Assembly: GCA_002269645.1 (NCBI GenBank) | Contig: NIVC01000581.1 | Coordinates: forward strand, 186,001-250,000 | Reading direction: 5' to 3' | DNA from: Macrostomum lignano | Taxonomy: Eukaryota | Length of the DNA: 64,000 nt | Shown: positions 49,492 through 62,640 of the stretch, piece after piece | How the letters are laid out: each line of letters opens with the position of its first letter | Numbering within the stretch: the stretch's first letter is position 1 | Position numbers and translations under genes: made by a program | The notes under the pieces: generated by a model | Told to the model about the DNA's origin: nothing | Database searches by the model: none | What the model saw: only the letters and a program-made list of their open reading frames with translations

Positions 49492-52400
49492 ATGAGCTTC
49501 AGCCTGGCTGCGGCCAATGCCACCGCTGAGCCCGGGTCGACTCCGGCGGCCACCGAGGATCCCAGCGGCGGCGGCGGCCAGCTGTTGAACTCCAGCAGCA
49601 GCAGCTCCCCAACTACTGCGGACTCAACTGGCGCCGTGGCAGCCCGGAGTCTCGTGCTGGTGCTGCTGATGGCGGCCTCCTGCTGCACCAATGTGCTGCT
49701 CATAGTTGTGCTGCAGTACAGCCGCACCCTTCGCCGGCGCTCCGTGTACCGCCTCGTGTGCAGCGTCTGCGTGGTGAACGGGCTGGACACCCTGCTGAAC
49801 TGCACCGTGGCCCTGGGCGCCTCCATCACTAACGGCTGGCCGCACCCTGACTGGGCCTGCCGCATGAGCGCCTTCGCCGTGTCCATGGTGGATCACCTGT
49901 GGCTGTTCAACCTGCTGCTGCTCGCCTCCGACAGGCTGTGGGCCCTGCGCGACTTGGACAGCTACAGGCGCCGCTTCCGTGTGGCCCCCGTCAGCCTGGC
50001 CGCCTTCTCCATTTGGGCCGCCGCCATGGCGCTGGCCCTGCCGCCAGCCGCCGCTCCGCTGGCCGTGCCGAGCTCCTTCGTGTCCGGCCGCTTCGTCTGC
50101 GGGGTCGGCCCGGCCGCGCCCCTGGCCTACGTGCTGGCCTGCCTGTGTCTCGGCTTCCTGCTGCCCTTCGCCACCCTCTGCTTGCTGTACGTGGCCATTG
50201 TGGCCATCGGGGCCAAGGAGAGCGAGCGCCGGGTGGCCATGCAGACCTCCACTGGCTACACGCAGGACCGGGTGCCCGCGCCTCAGGTGGGTGGCTCAGG
50301 CATGGGCTGGGTGCCCGCGCCTCAGGTGGGTGGCTCAGGCATGGGCTGGGTGCCCGCGCCTCAGGTGGGTGGCTCAGGCATGGGCTGGGTGCCCGCGCCT
50401 CAGGTGGGTGGCTCAGGCATGGGCTGGGTGCCCGCGCCTCAGGTGGGTGGCTCAGGCATGGGCTGGGTGCCCGCGCCTCAGGTGGGTGGCTCAGGCATGG
50501 GCTGGGTCCATCTGGCTGCTCCGGCTGAATGGAAGCCCCCAAATTAATAAAGTGCAGAGAACTCCCAAATTGAAGTTGTTGAGAAAGAGAATTCATTTAA
50601 TTGCTGCTGCAAAATTTTAAGTGACAAGTCAGCTAGCTGAGTCCATGACTCCATGACCAGTAAGGAAGATTATTTAAACAGCTTTATTTAATTCACTTTG
50701 TCTCCATTGAGGAAAGATATGCTAAACATATTGTTCTTGAGTTTCCGAAATGTACCGTTTGACTTTTTGTTGATCTCGAACTGAAAAGGCCAGTACGATT
50801 GAATTCTGTCCTCAAAAGGGCCGTTTTTAGGCTGTAGCTTTATCCTGGCCGCTGCTCCGCCTCTCCGCAGACCTGGTCGGACCTCAACTTGGCCAAGATG
50901 ACGGGCGCCCTGCTGGCCGCCTGGATCCTCCTGGCCGGGCCCTACACCGTGGCCGTCAGCATCGACCGGGTCAAGAACTCCCTGGAGCTCCGCGATTCCC
51001 TCAACCGACTGCGCGAGTCAGCCGACCCGGCGGCCGAGACCGCCCTGTTCTGGCTGCGGGTGGCCTTCGGGCCCGCCTGCCCCTGTCTGGTGCTGGCCGT
51101 GCGGCCGGACGTGCGCCGGAAGCTCAACCAGCTGGCCAGCTGCAAGACGCCAAAGTCCAGCAATCACGTGACGGACGGACCCAGGCTGCTGCATGGTGGC
51201 GGCGAAGCTAACGGTATCCATGGTGACGGAAACGCCACAGGTAACTCGGAGCTGTCGACTCGAGCGGGAGGCGACGCGGCTTCAGCGACTCTGGCGGATG
51301 CTGGCGGCGCTGAAGCCGACCTGCAAATCACCGACGCTGGCAGCGAGTGGGAGCCGGCAGCAGAGACGGCTCTGGCTGAGACCGGGGAGCCGTTGCGAGT
51401 CCCCGTGCTGTTCGCCAATTCCAATGGGCTTCACATGCAGGTGAGCACCGATTTTAATGACCCGTTTGGCTGTGACTGCGGGAGCTCAGTGGGGCAGGCA
51501 GGGGAGCTCAGTGGGGCAAGCAGGGGAGCTCAGTGGGGCAGGCAGGGGAGCTCAGTGGGGCAGGCAGGGGAGCTCAGTGGGGCAGGCAGGGGAGCTCAGT
51601 GGGGCAGGCAGGGGAGCTCAGTGGGGCAGGCAGGGGAGCTCAGTGGGGCAAGCAGGGGAGCTCAGTGGGGCAGGCAGGGGAGCTCAGTGGGGTAGGCAGG
51701 GGAGCTCAGTGGGGCAGGCAGGGGAGCTCAGTGGGGCAGGCAGGGGAGCTCAGTGGGGCAAGCAGGGGAGCTCAGTGGGGCAGGCAGGGGAGCTCAGTGG
51801 GGTAGGCAGGGGAGCTCAGTGGGGTAGGCAGGGGAGCTCAGTGGGGCAGGAAAATCCCAGACTTATCCGACCTCTCCGCCGCACCGCCAGCCGCACTCGT
51901 CCGACCAGCCGGTCGCGTGCGACGTCGCGGACTCCCGGCTGGACATTCGCCAGGCCGCGTCGGCGCCGTCCTTGGCCGGGCAGCTCGGCGACATCAGCGG
52001 TGACGAAGAGGCGAAAGAGGCGGCGAGCTCGGCAGCAGCTGCGGCATCGGCACCGACCGACCCGGAGCTGGCCACCAAGGACGCTGAGCCCCAGCAGGCG
52101 TTGGAGGAGCCGCAGAAACCAAGGCGAAAGAAAAGCAGCAGCGGCCAAGAACCGGCAGTGGCGCAGAAGCAGAAAAAGAAGAAAAAGAAGAAAGCCGCAC
52201 CCGTGGAGCCGACAGCGCCGGCAGCGGACTCCAGCTTCAACAGCCAGTCGGGCCTGCTGGTGGCCAGCGGCGACGTTCCTGATGCCTCTAAGGACGCTTC
52301 GGCTTCCGCCAAGCGGCGGCCACGTCGCGTGCGTCAGAACTCGGTGGAGCCGCCGCCCGTGCCGCAGGCGCAGCAGCAACCGCAGCCTTTGCCGCCCTGC

Positions 52401-52652
52401 ATCACGAAGTCGCCTGTTCGGCCGAAGCGGCGTCCCGACCTGCCCGAGGTCCCGCCGGAGGCTCCTTCGGCAACGCCTCGCGAGGAGGCCACGGAATTGG
52501 CGGAGATTCCGCGCGACAGCGGCGGCCAGCAGCAGCCGGAGTCGACCGCTGTGCAGAAGAAGAAGAAGCGGAAGCGAACGGCGTCCCGGACGTTGCCGCT
52601 AATGCCGCAGCCAGTGTTAGATAACAGCGCCTTCGTGGCTGGGGACTCCTGA
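49492..52652 (+). CDS. Class-A (rhodopsin-like) orphan GPCR with a long C-tail; exons 49492-50286, 50871-51440, 51861-52652
   Basis: TM1-5 in exon 1 (N in TM1, W..C in ECL1/TM3, SDRLWA at the DRY position, FLLP in TM5); TM6-7 in exon 2. All junctions are phase 0 GT-AG. Loosely GPR161/GPR101-like; orthology not established. Confidence 0.85.
50272..50507. repeat. 39-bp minisatellite x6 spanning the GPCR exon-1 donor
   Basis: Unit GTGCCCGCGCCTCAG|GTGGGTGGCTCAGGCATGGGCTGG; donors at 50286, 50325, 50364, 50403, 50442 and 50481. Confidence 0.97.
51481..51850. repeat. 22-bp G-rich minisatellite (GGGGAGCTCAGTGGGGCAGGCA) x~17 in GPCR intron 2
   Basis: Direct reading; ends ~10 nt before the acceptor at 51860. 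Confidence 0.95.
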
Positions 52653-52877
52653 GTAGCTTGAGCACTGTAGGGCGCCTTCGTGGCTGGGGACTCCTGAGTA
52701 GCTTGAGCACTGTAGGGCGCCCTCGTGTTTGGGGACTCCTGAGTAGCTTGAGCACTGTAGGGCGCCCTCGTGTCCGGGGACTCCTGAGTAGCTTGAGCAC
52801 TGTAGGGCGCCCTCGTGTCCGGGGACTCCTGAGTAGCTTGAGTACTGTAGGGCGCCCTCGTGTCCGGGGACTCCTGA
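52627..52877. repeat. 45-bp repeat x~5.5 whose first unit contains the GPCR stop codon
   Basis: GCGCCTTCGTGGCTGGGGACTCC-TGA-GTAGCTTGAGCACTGTAGG repeated with divergence. Confidence 0.93.
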
Positions 52878-53159
52878 ATGGCGCAGTAAAAAGTTTTGCC
52901 CTCAAATTGGCCCTAACCGGTCTATTTTTAGCAAGGAGTCCAGCCAGGCTGAATCCATGCACTTATTTCTTACAGCCGCCCAATGCAAACAAATTCTGAT
53001 CGCTGTTGTATTGCGTGTTGCATTATCGGTATGCTCTCTGTCTTCACTTTCAGGCTCCGCATAATCTGCCTATTTTACATGCAAATTGCGCACTTTTATC
53101 ATCTACCCTTCTGTGCAGGACATTGATTCAGGCTTTCCCAGTTGCATTGTGCATGAATT

Positions 53160-54003
53160 CAGTGTTGGTTGCTATGCATAGTCAGGCATCCCACAGTGCC
53201 CTAGTGCAGTGTTGGTTGCTATGCATAGTCAGGCATCCCACAGTGCCCTAGTGCAGTGTTGGTTGCTATGCATAGTCAGGCATCCCACAGTGCCCTGGTG
53301 CAGTGGTGGTTGCTATGCATAGTCAGGCATCCCACAGTGCCCTGGTGCAGTGGTGGTTGCTATGCATAGTCAGGCATCCCAGTGCCCTGGTGCAGTGGTG
53401 GTTGCTATGCATAGTCAGGCATCCCAGTGCCCTGGTGCAGTGGTGGTTGCTATGCATAGTCAGGCATCCCAGTGCCCTGGTGCAGTGGTGGTTGCTATGC
53501 ATAGTCAGGCATCCCAGTGCCCTGGTGCAGTGGTGGTTGCTATGCATAGTCAGGCATCCCAGTGCCCTGGTGCAGTGTTGGTTGCTATGCATAGTCAGGC
53601 ATCCCACAGTGCCCTGGTGCAGTGGTGGTTGCTATGCATAGTCAGGCATCCCAGTGCCCTGGTGCAGTGGTGGTTGCTATGCATAGTCAGGCATCCCAGT
53701 GCCCTGGTGCAGTGTTGGTTGCTATGCATAGTCAGGCATCCCAGTGCCCTGGTGCAGTGTTGGTTGCTATGCATAGTCAGGCATCCCAGTGCCCTGGTGC
53801 AGTGGTGGTTGCTATGCATAGTCAGGCATCCCACAGTGCCCTGGTGCAGTGGTGGTTGCTATGCATAGTCAGGCATCCCACAGTGCCCTGGTGCAGTGGT
53901 GGTTGCTATGCATAGTCAGGCATCCCAGTGCCCTGGTGCAGTGGTGGTTGCTATGCATAGTCAGGCATCCCAGTGCCCTGGTGCAGTGGTGGTTGCTATG
54001 CAG
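53160..54003. repeat. 47/45-bp minisatellite x~18
   Basis: GTGCAGTGGTGGTTGCTATGCATAGTCAGGCATCC(CA)CAGTGCCCTG. Confidence 0.96.
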
Positions 54004-54554
54004 TGCCTTGGCTGCAGCTCAACCAGACTTCATCGCTCTCCGTCCGAAATTCGCCGCCTTCTGTTTTATATTGATTTTTAGAAATTTGAATTTTGACAGC
54101 ATCTTTATTTTATTTTTTATATCTGTTTCAGCCGGCTGTGATCCGCCCCGCATAAAGAATTCGCTGCACCACATTTGAATGGCCTTACCAAGCACTGTGC
54201 TCATGTACAAACCGTTTTCTCCGTCTCCCAGGTTTATATAGCTTTACCTGTCTGCTTGCGCGTTAACCAAGCGTCTTTATGACTTTCTGTGCGTGTCTGC
54301 CTTCGGCCTTCTCTCTCTTACCAATGGTTATTATTGTTTATTCAACCTGTGTATATAAACTGCGCCTATTGAATACTTGGCCGTGACGCACAATGGAAAG
54401 ACATTCCGCTTCTGGGGCCGGCGTTTGCTATTTTTAGCCTCTTTATATGAAATGCTTTCGTGTTTGTCATTTGAACTTGGCTAATTATATTATTCTATTG
54501 CTGCTTGATCTGCTTTGTACTCTTGTCACCCTGTTCTTATGCATTTGTCTGGGC

Positions 54555-54781
54555 ATCCATCTGCACATGCCTGCATCCATCTGCACATGCCTGCATCCAT
54601 CTGCACATGCCTGCATCCATCTGCACATGCCGACATCCATCTACACATGCCTGCATCCATCTGCACATGCCGACACCCATCTGCACATGCCGGCATCCAT
54701 CTGCACATGCCGACACCCATCTGCACATGCCGGCATCCATCTGCACATGCCTGCATCCATCTGCACATGCCGACATCCATC
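54555..54781. repeat. 20-bp minisatellite (CATCCATCTGCACATGCCTG) x~11 upstream of BCCIP
   Basis: Direct reading. Confidence 0.95.
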
Positions 54782-54902
54782 AATCCGGGTCTGAATCCGA
54801 AAACAGTGTCTACATCTGCTGTCTACCCTGTCAATATCTATACCCCCTGCATCTATCTACACAGGCCCTGTTCCCCGCAGCCAAGCGCTCTTCCGCTGCG
54901 TC

Positions 54903-55790
54903 ATGCCCGCCGCATCAAAGAGGCGCTGTCGCGAAGCAAAAGAAGAAGATCGAAAGAAAAAGCAGAAGACTGAGGCAGAAGAAAAGCTAGATGATGATGA
55001 CTCAGAGTCAGACGAGGACAAGGAAGCAGATGCTGAAGAGGAAGACGAAGATTCAAGCGGAGGTGACGATGATGAGGCTGAGGATACTGGGCCCGAGGAG
55101 CTGGAGTGGTTCTCGCTGGAGGGCTGTGACCCGGAGCCCAGTGACGCTGCTGCTGTGGCCCGCCTGATCCGGCGCTGCCAGCTGCCGCCCTGGGCTCCGG
55201 CCGGCGCGGCTGCCGCCTTAGCGGAGCGGCTGACCGACACGCCGGAGGGCCGCCGGTTCGCCAGCGTCGTCAAGCAAAGCCTCCCTGACGAGGAGGAAGA
55301 AAAGGAGGCCGACGGCGAAGACGCGGAGGACGACGGCGTGCTGTCGGTGCTGGGCATCGCGGACTTGGACTCCGCCACGGGGCTGCGCGAATGCCTGGGC
55401 GAGGCCGCGATGGCGCTGCAGCAGCAGTTGCTGGTGAAGGCTCGGGCTGAGGAGCTGCCGCCCGAGCTGTCGCTGCCGCAGCTGGAGGCCCTGCAGACGG
55501 AGCTGGCCCAAGCCAAGTCGGCGCCATCGCGGCTTCTCCTGATCAGTCCAGCATGCGTGGCTGGCGAGGGTGACAGCGCCGGTGCGGAGGAGGCCGTCTT
55601 CGCCGAGGACGACATCCTGCAGGCGGCAGCCGGTCTGGGCGCCTGGAAGCCGCTGCGGCCGCCAGCGGGCCGGGGCGAGGCCGATGGCCAGTCGTGGATC
55701 TACCGGGTCTGCCTTCTGGATGCCAACCGGCTGTCCGCGGCCATCGACCGGCTGAGGCAGACGGTAGGCGGCAGACTCCGGCCAGTCTGA
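54903..55790 (+). CDS. BCCIP: BCCIP / Bcp1 homolog, single coding exon, 295 aa
   Basis: Acidic N-terminus; FSLEGCDPEPSD (cf. FEAYSLSDND); SVVKQ (SVIKQ); LPPELSLPQLEALQTEL (VPPQIALPMYQQLQKEL); LLLIS (YLLIS); VFAEDDIL (ANAEEEFF); RVCLLDANRL..IDRL (RTVMLIPGDKM..MDKL). Reference motifs recalled from memory. Confidence 0.9.
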   Translation: MPAASKRRCREAKEEDRKKKQKTEAEEKLDDDDSESDEDKEADAEEEDEDSSGGDDDEAEDTGPEELEWFSLEGCDPEPSDAAAVARLIRRCQLPPWAPAGAAAALAERLTDTPEGRRFASVVKQSLPDEEEEKEADGEDAEDDGVLSVLGIADLDSATGLRECLGEAAMALQQQLLVKARAEELPPELSLPQLEALQTELAQAKSAPSRLLLISPACVAGEGDSAGAEEAVFAEDDILQAAAGLGAWKPLRPPAGRGEADGQSWIYRVCLLDANRLSAAIDRLRQTVGGRLRPV

Positions 55791-56257
55791 TAGACTTGAT
55801 GTGTAAATTTACTCCTAGCCTTGTCCTTCGCTGTGTCTTGCATTTCTGACATTGTGAAACAGTGCGGCAAATACATAACATGGCCATGTTATTGCTGGCC
55901 AGTCCGTATTCTCGCGATTGATTACCGTGCACTGGAATTTTTGTTGGATACCATTTTAAGTGTGTTTTTTTAAACAGTCAATTATCCCGCCTGAGCACTA
56001 GGCTGTGAGTTAAAGCTGCAGTGATGCCATGCGTACGGCAGCAGCTTCGGTTTTCTGGTTCTAAATTTAGCAGCCAAAGCCGCTGCTGGGCGGTGCTGGC
56101 AACTGTTTTTTCAGCGCATACAGGCCTGGACCTGTCCTAGCCTGTGCAGTTCCTGCGTGTTTTTACTGGCTCAAATGCAAGCAGCTGCTGCTGTAGTGCT
56201 ATGGGAGAATTCAGGCAATGGGGAAGCAAGCCGTCATCACTGCTGAAAGCAATGGGC

Positions 56258-56668
56258 TATCTGACAGTCCCTCTGCCACCAGCATCAGTGCTGCAGTGAG
56301 CTATCAGTGCTGCAGTGAGCTATCTGACAGTCCCTCTGCCACCAGCATCAGTGCTGCAGTGAGCTATCTGACAGTCCCTCTGCCACCAGCATCAGTGCTG
56401 CAGTGAGCTATCTGACAGTCCCTCTGCCACCAGCATCAGTGCTGCAGTGAGCTATCTGACAGTCCCTCTGCCACCAGCATCAGTGCTGCAGTGAGCTATC
56501 TGACAGTCCCTCTGCCACCAGCATCAGTGCTGCAGTGAGCTATCTGACAGTCCCTCTGCCACCAGCATCAGTGCTGCAGTGAGCTATCTGACAGTCCCTC
56601 TGCCACCAGCATCAGTGCTGCAGTGAGCTATCTGACAGTCCCTCTGCCACCAACATCAGTGCTGCAGT
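56258..56668. repeat. 44-bp minisatellite x~9
   Basis: CTATCTGACAGTCCCTCTGCCACCAGCATCAGTGCTGCAGTGAG. Confidence 0.95.
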
Positions 56669-57049
56669 GCATCCTCCCCGAAGTCTATCAGCGGCGTCTG
56701 AGCTGCCGCTCTGTTTTGAATTTCCATTCTGTGCTGTAATGACTGATGCAGAGCAGAACTGCACTGTGCCGTGTTTCTAACTTTCTGTGTCCTGTGAAGT
56801 TAGCAGGCCAGATTTGTTCATTGTTTTGCAAGCTCAGCTATCAGCAGTCGGTGAGTGCGGGACACTTTGCGCAAGGTAAAAGCTGTCTCTCTAAAGCTTC
56901 AATCGATTGCACTTCTGTTTACTCACGGGAGTGTCGGCTTCGGCGGTGGTATCCACTAATATGAAAATCTCACTCACTCTCGCCCGCATCCATTAATCTG
57001 AGCAGAAAGCCCTAAACTCGATGGGGTGACTTCCTGGGAATGGCCCGGT

Positions 57050-57163
57050 GTCTGGCGCTGGTCCCCCGGCAGCTGCAAACTGATTGCCAAGAGTCGGAGG
57101 TGATTGTGCCGACAGTGCATAATTTTTTATTGCATGACTGGGAGCTGCTGGCTGTCCCAGCGC
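57050..57163 (+). ncRNA. Candidate Sm-class snRNA-like element (U11-like 3' two-thirds)
   Basis: GCAA-ACTGA-TTGC hairpin, GTCGG/CCGAC hairpin, GCATAATTTTTT Sm-like site and CTGGGA/TCCCAG terminal hairpin occur in U11 order; the U11 5' AAAAAGGGC is missing. Confidence 0.25.
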
Positions 57164-58073
57164 ATCGGTAAATTTTCTCGCAGTCCGTAGTCCCCACAAC
57201 TGATAGTAGCGCTGCTTTATTTGGCGGAGGAGTGAGTCGAGTGACCGAACTCTGCTACGCGCTTGGATGCCTCTTTCATAGAGAGCTGCAGGCTTGAAAT
57301 ATCACTTAACACGGTTAATCTATCCAGCAACGGTCAATTCTTAGTCGAGGCAAGTTTGAGTTCTGCGAGCAGAAATTTCGGTCCATTGCACAATGGCTCG
57401 GCAAGGTTGCTGTTTCGCGTTAAGGACCAAGAATAAACTATTTAATCGGTAATAACTATCGAATCATCAAGCCAGATCCCGACGATTTTTTGGTTGTTTT
57501 ACGTTGAACATCTCAACAGCCTGAAGGGCTGGTAACTAGAGTTTTGTTTGAGAGGTGCGCAACACTAATGACGCCACGAATTATCCCTTGGTAGCTCGTA
57601 ACTGTACTTTATACCAAGAGTACAGAGTAAATTTTCAGTACAGAGCTGCTGTGACTGCGGAGCAAAGGTTTTAGATTTACTGGATTTTGAGAGGGATGTC
57701 GAGAGATCCGAGACTCGCTTTTGTAAAAAACTGCTGGAACAAAGCACAAGCAAGAAAGTGGCAGTGAAAAAGTGCTTGTAAAGAGGCCAATAGAGTTGCG
57801 AGCGGAGAAGCTGAAGGCTGTGAAACATGCGCAGATAAATTAGCGGAATCGGAGATGAAGGCACGCTGGCCATAGGCAATAAAATGAAGCAAAGAGGATG
57901 TTGAGGATATTGAGGACTGCCTCGTGGGAACGCGAGATCGAATTGGCTGCTTTGGCTCGCACTTCGGCATGCAGCCAATGAGGGCTGAGCTGATGCGGGT
58001 TTTGCTAAGCTGCCGCTGCCAGCGCACAGCTCACCGCCCTCCCGACTGAAGCAGCTCTGGCCTCTCCGCGGCC

Positions 58074-60835
<2,762 letters not shown>

Positions 60836-61156
60836 GTTTGTGAAGACTTGTCAGGCGGGTTCATGGATTCCTCAGACCCCAGGTTCAAAACTGAGTACAT
60901 TGTTTACCATAAACTGTCTAAACATATTGATAGATTTTTTCAAGTTAGCCCTTGTAAATTTGAAATTTAATGCACTTCCCTAGTAGCCAATGTTTAAGAC
61001 ATGCACTTTCAAGTTTCCAATATCAGCTCTTGCATTCTCCTGGAAACACTGCAAAGTCCAGCAGAGCTTGCCGCAGCTGGCACGAAGAGGCGTGGGCTGC
61101 TTAAAGCTTTTGTCACCTCTCAGGGTAGTTGCGAGTAGCAAATTAGCTGAGCTCCA

Positions 61157-61318
61157 GGTCAACCTGCTGTGATTGGGTAGCAGCTATGTGCTCCATGTGG
61201 TCAACCTGCTGTGATTGGGTAGCAGCTCTGTGCTCCATGTGGTCAACCTGCTGTGATTGGGTAGCAGCTCTGTGCTCCATGTGGTCAACCTGCTGTGATT
61301 GGGTAGCAGCTCTGTGCT
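61157..61318. repeat. 42-bp minisatellite x~4
   Basis: GGTCAACCTGCTGTGATTGGGTAGCAGCTCTGTGCTCCATGT. Confidence 0.93.
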
Positions 61319-61877
61319 GTAAAAAGCTTTAGTAGATTATTGTGAAAGTAATTGTTGGTTTTAGTCGGTCAAGAACACAGACAGAACTGCATGGCTGGAG
61401 CTCAGTGCGTGGTCCTTGCCGTCCGTGCTGTCTGCACCGCACACAGGACGGACTGCATGATTCTCGCTAATCCCGGATTACGGGTCGAGCCCGGAACCTG
61501 AGACGCAGGCTGTAAAAGAGGCCGATCATTAGGCGGGGACATGCGGGCCGCCACACACAGGTTGGCCGAATTGCTCAGCTTAAACTGCCTGGCTTTGGCA
61601 GTAAAAAGCAGAGAAGCTCAGAAAGCAGCAATTAGAAGTTTATGGCTCAGCCTGTCCCGTGTCAGCCTGTTTTTGTCCTGTGCAGAGCGATTTGAAGCAA
61701 ATCTCTTCCTTGGTCATGCCAAGCAAATATTTTATGCATGGTGTAAAAGTCCCAATTGTACAATTACAAAAATGACTTGTAAAAACGCTAAAATCCAAAT
61801 ACCAATTTCGCTTGATCCGTTTGATTTAAAATCAAGATTCTTTAGATAGCTTACTGGCCTATTGAAAAAACAAATGA

Positions 61878-62275
61878 TACATGCATTACTCTGCGCTGAC
61901 TGCAGGTGCATGCATTGTTCTGCACTGACTGCAGGTGCATGCATTACTCTGCACTGACTGCAGGTGCATGCATTACTCTGCACTGACTGCAGGTGCATGC
62001 AGTACTCTGCACTGACTGCAGGTGCATGCAGTACTCTGCACTGACTGCAGGTGCATGCATTGTTCTGCACTGACTGCAGGTGCATGCATTACTCTGCACT
62101 GACTGCAGGTGCATGCAGTACTCTGCACTGACTGCAGGTGCATGCAGTACTCTGCACTGACTGCAGGTGCATGCATTGTTCTGCACTGACTGCAGGTGCA
62201 TGCATTACTCTGCACTGACTGCAGGTGCATGCAGTACTCTGCACTGACTGCAGGTGCATGCATTACTCTGCACTG
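61878..62275. repeat. 29-bp TGCATG-containing minisatellite x~14
   Basis: TGCATGCATTACTCTGCACTGACTGCAGG with variants. Confidence 0.95.
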
Positions 62276-62550
62276 TTTTCCTGTAAACACGCGATTTTCC
62301 GCTTAAAGACCGAAGGCCATCAATCAATATAAAGTGATGTTTCCTATATCCCTTAAAATAGCGTGCTTTTCTGCTACTCAATTCTTTTGCGACTCAAATT
62401 TTCTTGTTAATGCGCATGGACTTTTCTAGGATGGTTGGCAGATATTTGCTCGGTTAGGAGCCCCTTTGCGACACGGCCGGCTGAGCGCCTCGCATTTCAA
62501 TTGATGCTCGCCTCTCTCTGGGAGCCCCGCAGGCCTGCAGAAGCCGCTCC

Positions 62551-62640
62551 GGCCGTCCGGCTGCATCTCGCGAGTTTCGGCCGTCCGGCTGCATCTCGCG
62601 AGTTTCGGCCGTCCGGCTGCATCTCGCGAGTTTCAGCCGT
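62551..62640. repeat. 28-bp repeat x3
   Basis: GGCCGTCCGGCTGCATCTCGCGAGTTTC. Confidence 0.9.

Noticed and set aside
57008-57018. GCCCTAAAC as a telomerase RNA template
   Set aside because: One CCCTAA hexamer is expected by chance; no pseudoknot or other TR element identified.
57125-57136. TTTATTGCATG resembling the 3' end of a flatworm spliced leader
   Set aside because: Only ~11 nt match, not followed by a GT donor, and the rest of the leader is absent.
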